Below, piece by piece: positions 57,654 to 64,000 of a stretch of DNA of 64,000 nt. Each line of letters opens with the position of its first letter. Position 1 is the stretch's first letter. Origin of the DNA: Candidatus Buchananbacteria bacterium (lineage in GTDB: Bacteria > Patescibacteriota > Patescibacteriia > 2-01-FULL-39-33); assembly GCA_903888345.1 (NCBI GenBank), contig CAISTG010000004.1, positions 6,393 through 70,392 of the forward strand, in the 5' to 3' direction. The notes below the pieces were generated by a model. It did not search any database, was not told where the DNA came from, and saw only the letters and a program-made list of their open reading frames with translations. The position numbers were made by a program, and so were the translations under genes.

Positions 57654-58538
57654 ATGAACAGTTTTTTTACTATTCCCGATGTAATTATTTTAGCCCTGGT
57701 CTTAGTTATAATTATGGCCGGTTTTTTTGCTGTTGTTATTTCTAAGGAGCGCAAGAATGCAAAGAAAAATCGTGACTTATTAATCAAATTACAGAAACTT
57801 AATCAAGAGTTGAAGCGTTTAGATGATGCCAAGTCGGAATTCTTATCGATTGCCAGCCATCAATTACGAACACCAACAACAATTATTAAGGGTTATGTCT
57901 CAATGATCAGAGAGGGTAGTTTTGGTAAAGTGCCCAGACCCATTAAAGATAATCTAGATAAAGTAAATATTGCCGTGGAGCGCTTGCTTAATCTAATTGA
58001 GAACTTATTGGATATTTCTCGAATAGAAGCGGGTCGTTTAGAGTTTAATATCCAGTCGGTAGATTTAGGGCAGATTGCCCATGAACTTATCGAGGAATTT
58101 AAGCCCAAGGCCGATGCCAAAAAAATCAAATTGGTTTTGGCAGTACCGAAAAAATTTCCGAAAACGTTGACTGATCCGCAAAAAATAAAAGAGGTTGCTT
58201 CTAATTTGGTCGATAATGCCGTTAAATATACTGATAAAGGTGAGGTGATAATCGATTTACACCAAGAGGGGGCCTCAGTAGTTTTTTCAATCATTGATAC
58301 TGGCATGGGAATCGCTCCTACTGAGGTGGGAAGATTATTTAATAAATTTGTCCGAGGTGAAGATGTTGCTTCGGGTCATCCAGAGGGTACTGGATTGGGA
58401 CTTTACTTTGCTCGTATTGTGGTGGAGAATTTGGGTGGAAGAATTTGGGCCGAGTCGGCCGGTAAGGGACGAGGCTCTAAATTTAGTTTCTCTCTGCTTT
58501 TAGCCGATAAGAAGCAGGCTCCTAAAATTAGAAAATAA
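57654..58538 (+). CDS. Sensor histidine kinase (HisKA + HATPase)
   Basis: 'SIASHQLRTP', 'NLVDNAVKYT', 'DTGMGI', 'GTGLGL'. Confidence 0.95.
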   Translation: MNSFFTIPDVIILALVLVIIMAGFFAVVISKERKNAKKNRDLLIKLQKLNQELKRLDDAKSEFLSIASHQLRTPTTIIKGYVSMIREGSFGKVPRPIKDNLDKVNIAVERLLNLIENLLDISRIEAGRLEFNIQSVDLGQIAHELIEEFKPKADAKKIKLVLAVPKKFPKTLTDPQKIKEVASNLVDNAVKYTDKGEVIIDLHQEGASVVFSIIDTGMGIAPTEVGRLFNKFVRGEDVASGHPEGTGLGLYFARIVVENLGGRIWAESAGKGRGSKFSFSLLLADKKQAPKIRK

Positions 58539-58556
58539 AATTAATAACATAAATAT

Positions 58557-58655
58557 ATGGGGTGTTCATGCAAGGGTTGCGGCACTTGCGGGGTCAAGAA
58601 AGTTGCCAAACCGGCAACCAAAAAGACAGTCAAGAAAGCTGCTAAGAAAAAGTAA
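58557..58655 (+). CDS. 32 aa Cys/Lys-rich peptide MGCSCKGCGTCGVKKVAKPATKKTVKKAAKKK
   Basis: Short ORF between the kinase stop and a terminator; strongly biased composition. Confidence 0.55.
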   Translation: MGCSCKGCGTCGVKKVAKPATKKTVKKAAKKK

Positions 58656-58690
58656 AAAAATGACCGACGATTATTCGCCGGTCATTTTTG

Positions 58691-60430
58691 TTATCGTTTT
58701 TCAGTAATCTCTTGCTGGATATTGGCGATGAAATCAGTGAGCTTAATGATTCCTTGATCGCCATCACTGCGTTTACGTACCGCCACTGATTCAGACTCAA
58801 CTTCCTTTTCGCCAATAACGAGGATATAGGGAGTTTTTTGTTTTTCGGCGTTGCGAACGCGTTTACCTAAAGATTCATTACTATCATCTAATTCGGCGCG
58901 TAAATCAGCTGTCTGCAAATCGGCTAAAACTTTACGACCGTAGTCATTGAATTTTTCTGATACTGGAATGATAACGATTTGGTTGGGCGAAAGCCAAGTT
59001 GGGAAAGCGCCGGCGAATTGTTCAATTAGTAAGGCGATGGTTCTCTCGTAGCAACCAATTGACGAACGATGAATGACAATTGGACGCTCTTCTTTGCCGG
59101 CTTCATTGATGAAAGTCATGTCAAATTTTTCGGGTAAGGCAAAATCAATTTGCACGGTAATAATCGTGTCTTCTTTGCCATAGACGTTCTTCATTTGAAT
59201 ATCTAATTTCGGACCATAGAAAGCCGCTTCGCCTTCAACTTCTTCGTATTGTAACTTATTTTTATCGAGAATTTTTTTCAATGTTTTTTGTGATTCTTCC
59301 CAAGCTTCTGGTGCATCAATATATTTACCCTTTTTATTGGCGGGATCCCATTTAGAAAAACGGTAAGTAAAATCTTCTAGCTTCAAGGTTTTCATGACGT
59401 AATTAATCAAATTAAGCACGTCATCAAATTCTTTTTCTAATTGGTCCATGCGACAAATTAAATGCCCCTCGGCTAGAGTGAATTGACGCAAGCGGATTAA
59501 GCCATGCATTTCACCAGATTCTTCATTACGGAAAAGAGTCGAAGTCTCATTATATCTGACTGGTAAATCGCGGTAGCTATGTAGGGTGGAATTGTAAATC
59601 ATGAATTGGAACGGGCAAGTCATGGGGCGTAAGGCCAGTTCATCGCCGGAGCCATCAATAATAAACATGCCATCACGATAATGATCCCAATGGCCAGAGA
59701 TTTTATATAAATCACTCTTAGCCATGAATGGTGTCATGGTTAACTGGTAACCACGTTTTTCTTCTTCGTCTTCAATCCAACGTTGTAGAATTTGTTTGAT
59801 TTTCGCGCCCTTAGGGGTTAAGAGGGGGAGTCCTTGGCCAATTGGTTCGGAGGTAATAAATAATCCCAGTTCACGACCCAATTTATTGTGATCGCGCTTT
59901 TCCGCTTCCTCTAACATTTTTAAATATTTTTGTAATTCGTCCTTGGTTGGAAAGGCCGTGCCATAAATGCGTTGTAACATTTTATTTTTGGCATCACCAC
60001 GCCAATACGCTCCGGCGGCACGTAGTAATTTGAACTGCCCTAATTCTTTGGTGGTTTCAGCGTGAGGGCCACGGCAGAGGTCGGTAAAGTCACCAACGGT
60101 ATAAAAACTGACGGTAGATTCGCCCTTAGCTTCCAAATCATTAATTAATTCTTGCTTGTAAGGCTGATCGGACATTTTCTCCAGTGCCTCTTTAATCGGT
60201 AAATCAAATTTCTCAAACGGTAATTTGCGTTTGATGATTTCTTCCATCTTTTTGTCGATGGCTTTGAGGTCTTCGGGAGAAAAAGTTTTTTCACCTAAAT
60301 CAAAGTCATAATAAAAGCCTTCGTCGATAGTTGGGCCGATGGCGAATTTAACGTCACCAAAAAGTTCGCGTACGGCGTAAGCCAAAATATGCGAAGTGGA
60401 ATGGCGGATTTTGTCTAATTGTTCGTTCAT
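58691..60430 (-). CDS. thrS: Threonine--tRNA ligase (no N-terminal TGS domain)
   Basis: 'IRHSTSH', 'DLCRGPH', 'GAYWRGD', 'RPMTCP', 'AFYGPKLD', 'IHRSSIG'. Confidence 0.97.
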   Translation of the reverse strand: MNEQLDKIRHSTSHILAYAVRELFGDVKFAIGPTIDEGFYYDFDLGEKTFSPEDLKAIDKKMEEIIKRKLPFEKFDLPIKEALEKMSDQPYKQELINDLEAKGESTVSFYTVGDFTDLCRGPHAETTKELGQFKLLRAAGAYWRGDAKNKMLQRIYGTAFPTKDELQKYLKMLEEAEKRDHNKLGRELGLFITSEPIGQGLPLLTPKGAKIKQILQRWIEDEEEKRGYQLTMTPFMAKSDLYKISGHWDHYRDGMFIIDGSGDELALRPMTCPFQFMIYNSTLHSYRDLPVRYNETSTLFRNEESGEMHGLIRLRQFTLAEGHLICRMDQLEKEFDDVLNLINYVMKTLKLEDFTYRFSKWDPANKKGKYIDAPEAWEESQKTLKKILDKNKLQYEEVEGEAAFYGPKLDIQMKNVYGKEDTIITVQIDFALPEKFDMTFINEAGKEERPIVIHRSSIGCYERTIALLIEQFAGAFPTWLSPNQIVIIPVSEKFNDYGRKVLADLQTADLRAELDDSNESLGKRVRNAEKQKTPYILVIGEKEVESESVAVRKRSDGDQGIIKLTDFIANIQQEITEKR

Positions 60431-60431
60431 A

Positions 60432-60578
60432 TTTACCCTGTTAAATAAGATTTGAATCTGTTAATTCTGGTCTTATTAGATTAATTTGTTAATTATTTAT
60501 ACTAAACCCCTTAATTTATTAAAGTTTCAAAGCTAATTATAAATTTTCGAAAATTTATAATTTATTTAACGGGGTGAA
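60432..60578. mobile_element. MITE-like element with 17-bp terminal inverted repeats
   Basis: TTTACCCTGTTAAATAA ... TTATTTAACGGGGTGAA (15/17), AT-rich non-coding interior. Confidence 0.6.
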
Positions 60579-60579
60579 G

Positions 60580-61128
60580 TTATTTGTTTTTTAATAGTTT
60601 GTATTCTGATTTTAACATACTCATAATGATTTCATCCCAATATTTGCCATAGCGGTAGATACTTTGTCTTTTAACTCCCTCTTTTTTGAGTCCACACTTG
60701 CTGTAGCATTTAATTCCGGCAGCGTTACCTTCGTAGACTGATAAGCCGAAACGATTTAGCTTTAGTGTATTGAAGCAATATTTCATTACCGTTTTTAAGG
60801 TGTCTTGCCCGTAGCCTTGGTTCCAATAATTTTTATCACCAATAATAATGCCCCAGTCGGTTTTTTTATTAACTAGATTGAGTGAATGTAAATCGGTACT
60901 GCCGATGTGGACACCGTCCTTAGTATCAATTGACCAAATTATTTGTTCTTTATTATTACCGATTTTTTTAATGTAAGCTTTTTCTTGATTTAAGGTAATT
61001 CCTGTATTTTGTCGACCGAGAAATCTCGTAACGGTTTCGTCATTAAACCAGCGGACGAAATTCGCCGCGTCTTTAAGCGACATTGGTCTTAAAATAACTT
61101 TCTTGCCTTTTAAAATTGGTCCGTTCAT
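60580..61128 (-). CDS. GNAT N-acetyltransferase (RimJ/RimL-like)
   Basis: 'VILRPM', 'IGDKNYWNQGYG', 'N.AGIKCYSKCG...EG'. Confidence 0.9.
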   Translation of the reverse strand: MNGPILKGKKVILRPMSLKDAANFVRWFNDETVTRFLGRQNTGITLNQEKAYIKKIGNNKEQIIWSIDTKDGVHIGSTDLHSLNLVNKKTDWGIIIGDKNYWNQGYGQDTLKTVMKYCFNTLKLNRFGLSVYEGNAAGIKCYSKCGLKKEGVKRQSIYRYGKYWDEIIMSMLKSEYKLLKNK

Positions 61129-61139
61129 ATGTTTAGATT

Positions 61140-61407
61140 AAAAAACTCTCATCCCGAAAACACACCTTGGTTAAAGATATATTTTCGGGACGAGAGTTTA
61201 TTCCCGCGGTTCCACCCAAATTTCCTTCTTAAGGCTGTCATCCTGAACAAAGTGAAGGATCTCATGTTAATCTTAAATGGGACTCTTCGTTTCACTCAGA
61301 ATGACGACTTATAAGTCGGACGCTTTTTGACGGGCTTAGTACGGCAAGCCGTAAAGTTGACGGAAATTTCCGACAGTCTTAGACAGTTGGTATCTGCCTC
61401 AATCGCT
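61140..61407 (-). promoter_or_regulatory. T-box riboswitch (Thr, ACC specifier) with terminator
   Basis: T-box AAUUUGGGUGGAACCGCG (61222-61205), terminator with U run, short stem I AGGCAG-AUACCAA-CUGUCU; upstream of thrS. Confidence 0.85.
61237..61305. repeat. REP/RPE-like palindromic element inside the T-box
   Basis: GTCATCCTGA...TCAGAATGAC; reverse complement resembles 361-434. Confidence 0.8.
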
Positions 61408-61446
61408 TAAACTTATTATACGTTATTTTATTCAAATAAACAAACA

Positions 61447-61475
61447 TTGACAAATTTTGTCATATACTGTATAAT
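61447..61475 (+). promoter_or_regulatory. Consensus sigma70 promoter TTGACA-17-TATAAT
   Basis: Exact match upstream of the 61643 ORF. Confidence 0.85.
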
Positions 61476-61642
61476 ATATCATTAGCTCATTGACATGTTG
61501 ATAAGTTTGATGTCCCGGCTTTCTTTTTGTTTAATTTAAGCTAAATTAGATAGAAAGAAAGTCTGGACCATTGAAAGTCCTGGCTTCTTCTTGGCCATAG
61601 TGGTCGAGAATACTGCCTCACAGAGGCGGAAAGACACACACC

Positions 61643-62356
61643 ATGAGTAAAACAACCGCAAAGGCCCTTTTGGCTGCACTCGGAATCCTAACGGAAGAAG
61701 AGATGAAAGAATGGACCGAAGGGCCAGGAGAAGTGAAGGATTTCTTGGCGGCTCGTGTCGCTGAGAAGATGGCGAACACCTTCTGTGTTTCGCTGTCGGA
61801 CAACGAGCTTCAGCAGCAGTTCCCGCAGTTCGCCGATCGTCTCGTTCCCTGGCGCAAGCTGGCGGCTCTGATGGGCTACACTGGCCATATTGTTTGGCTC
61901 GTCAAGCAGGGCTTCACGCTGAAAAAGCATGCCCCGCTTGTCGGCCCCTGTTACGATAATCTCGGCTATCTCCAGGACTGGAATTTCGATGACAATCCTA
62001 CCGATGATTGCCTGGTATTCTGGGTGCCCCGTTTGGCGGAAAACAGCACGGGCAAGAACATCAAGGCAATGGAAGCGCACCGCGCCGAACTCAAGAAGCG
62101 CTATGAGCTTCCTGGCGACCATGCCACGTATTTCGGTAGCATTCAGCTCCAGTTCGCTCTCATTCTCGCGCATTTCAAGCGCACGGGTGAACGCGTACCG
62201 CTGAATTTCCTCTACATGGCGTCTGACTCCCTGAGCGCAGACGGCAGCCGTCTCATTGCTGGCCACTTCGGCGACTTTGGTCTCCACTGCCACTACTGGG
62301 GTGGGAATGGCTGCGACGATATCGGCTTCGTCCTCCTGGGGGTGGAGAAGCTCTGA
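61643..62356 (+). CDS. Hypothetical protein with DGR-target-like (CLec-like) C-terminus (accessory unit)
   Basis: GC-rich third positions; tail 'SDSLSADGSRLIAGHFGDFGLHCHYWGGNGCDDIGFVLLGV'. Confidence 0.7.
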   Translation: MSKTTAKALLAALGILTEEEMKEWTEGPGEVKDFLAARVAEKMANTFCVSLSDNELQQQFPQFADRLVPWRKLAALMGYTGHIVWLVKQGFTLKKHAPLVGPCYDNLGYLQDWNFDDNPTDDCLVFWVPRLAENSTGKNIKAMEAHRAELKKRYELPGDHATYFGSIQLQFALILAHFKRTGERVPLNFLYMASDSLSADGSRLIAGHFGDFGLHCHYWGGNGCDDIGFVLLGVEKL

Positions 62357-62500
62357 CAGTAGAGTTCATTTAAGTTTTTAGCATTGAAACGTTTGCATAT
62401 TTGGGACCTTGGTCATCGTATCGAGGTCCCTTTTTTTATTATTAGGGTAATTAATCGGCTTGATTTTGAAGAGAGTTTATGTTATCTTACTATCAAGTTT

Positions 62501-64000
62501 ATGACCTATTTTTTAGACAAAGCGAAACAACAAATTCGTGAATCGATTGCACAGGCCTTAGGTCGAGAGATTGATTTTAACCAATTAGAAATTACTCGTC
62601 CGCCTGACAGCGCCATGGGTGATTTTGCGGTACCTTGTTTTTATTTGACTAAATTAACGCGGATTTCACCGAATCAAATCGCCGCCGAGCTGAAAAATAA
62701 AATTAAATTGAAGGCACCACTTAAATCAGTTCAGAATATTGGACCTTATTTGAATTTTTATTTTGATGACAAACAATTGGCCGAGAAGGTGATTAAAGAG
62801 GTGACTAAGGGTGGCGAAAAATACGGTAGCTTGAGTGGCGATAAAGAAAAGGTGATGATTGAATATTCTCAGCCTAACACGCACAAAGAATTTCATGTCG
62901 GTCATTTGCGCAATGCTGTTTTGGGTACGGCTTTAGTTAACCTATATCGTTTTAGTGGCAAAAAAGTAATCGCCGCTAATTATATTGGTGATATTGGTAA
63001 TCATGTTGCTAAATGTTTATGGGCATATGATAAATTTCATAAAGATGAGCCAGAACCAACTGAACATAAGGGTCAATATTTAGGAAAACTATATACTGAT
63101 GCTGTTAATCTGTGTGCCGAAAATGAAGACTACAAAAAAGAAGCAGACGTCGTTCAGAAAAAATTGGAAAGTGGTGATAAATATTTTACGGTACTCTGGA
63201 AAAAAACTCGTGCCTGGTCACTGGAAGAATTCGACGGCATCTATAAAATTTTAGGCGTTAAATTTGATAAGTTTTTTTATGAAAGTGAAGTCGAGAAGCC
63301 GGGCAAGGCGATTGTTGCTGATTTGTTGGAGCGAAAAATTGCCACGCACTCGCAAGGAGCGGTGATTGTTGATTTAGAAAAATACAATTTAAAGCAATTT
63401 CTTTTGCTGAAGTCTGATGGGTCGTCGTTATATTCCACTAAGGAGTTGGCGCTGGCAAAACTAAAATTTGAAAAATATAAAGTTGACGCTTCCTATGTCG
63501 TAGTTGATGCACGTCAAAGTTTTTATTTCCAACAATTTTTTAAGACTTTAGAGTTGATTGGTTTCAAGAAAAAAACTGAGCATATTGCTTACGAGTTTGT
63601 TACTCTACCAGAAGGTGCGATGTCATCGCGTAAAGGTAATGTGGTTTTGTTTGAAGATCTGCTCAAGGAAGCAACCGATTTAGCGGCTTCAGAAACTACT
63701 AAACGTCATACCGATTGGCCGGCCAAAGAATTAGAGATTGCGGCTCAAAAAATTGCTTTAGCTGCAATAAAATTTGCCATGTTAAAGACTGGTCGCAATA
63801 ATGTCATTACTTTTGAATTAAAAGAGGCGCTAGCCTTTGACGGCTTTACCGGGCCTTATTTGCAATATACCGTCTCACGTATTAATAGTATTCTCAAAAA
63901 AGAAACTGCTAAAAATTTAACGAACGTTAATTTTGGCCAGTTAGTAAATCACAAAGAAAAAGAACTCTTGGTGCTATTAGCTCAGTTTAGTGGCGTGACC
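62501..64000 (+). CDS. argS: Arginine--tRNA ligase (3' end beyond window)
   Basis: ATG at 62501; 'IEYSQPNTHKEFHVGHLRN' (HIGH), 'KSDGSSLY', 'MSSRKG', 'GPYLQY'. Confidence 0.95.
   Translation, partial: MTYFLDKAKQQIRESIAQALGREIDFNQLEITRPPDSAMGDFAVPCFYLTKLTRISPNQIAAELKNKIKLKAPLKSVQNIGPYLNFYFDDKQLAEKVIKEVTKGGEKYGSLSGDKEKVMIEYSQPNTHKEFHVGHLRNAVLGTALVNLYRFSGKKVIAANYIGDIGNHVAKCLWAYDKFHKDEPEPTEHKGQYLGKLYTDAVNLCAENEDYKKEADVVQKKLESGDKYFTVLWKKTRAWSLEEFDGIYKILGVKFDKFFYESEVEKPGKAIVADLLERKIATHSQGAVIVDLEKYNLKQFLLLKSDGSSLYSTKELALAKLKFEKYKVDASYVVVDARQSFYFQQFFKTLELIGFKKKTEHIAYEFVTLPEGAMSSRKGNVVLFEDLLKEATDLAASETTKRHTDWPAKELEIAAQKIALAAIKFAMLKTGRNNVITFELKEALAFDGFTGPYLQYTVSRINSILKKETAKNLTNVNFGQLVNHKEKELLVLLAQFSGVT

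Noticed and set aside
7739-62356. Integron gene cassettes
   Set aside because: The units are dispersed, carry their own promoters and lack recognisable attC structure; no integron integrase
1-64000. Alternative genetic code (UGA = Gly) as in Gracilibacteria/Absconditabacteria
   Set aside because: Conserved genes are full length in code 11 and TGA ends genes such as the DHH protein (25459) and the MTase (47658)

Overview
A 64 kb chromosomal segment in genetic code 11. It looks like a Patescibacteria/CPR (Parcubacteria-type) genome: AT-rich, mostly SD-less housekeeping genes with short TGnTATAAT-led leaders, a tandem array of VirB2/TrbC-like pilins and a TrmB-like regulator. Backbone genes include wzx, O-antigen ligase, clpP, a CCA-adding enzyme, rny, lemA, htpX, ymdB, HU, elp3, murI, rpsA, thrS, argS (partial) and tRNA-Ser(CGA). 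About a dozen self-contained accessory units are scattered among them and share one expression grammar: consensus sigma70 promoter, often a hairpin, a boxA-like G-N-W-C-H-T-T motif, a strong Shine-Dalgarno and their own terminator. The richest unit (28100-31065, minus strand) has a Trp-Trp leader peptide overlapping a terminator, a complete type III hammerhead ribozyme and two covarying mini-pseudoknots. Other notable items are three dispersed proteins with DGR-target-like C-termini, an Elp3 + Trm9-like pair, a short-stem-I Thr T-box with a palindromic insertion, a four-helix-bundle gene inside 32-bp inverted repeats, a 6S-like RNA upstream of rny, and several nested palindromic repeat families. 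All family assignments come from motif recognition by eye; no searches were run.
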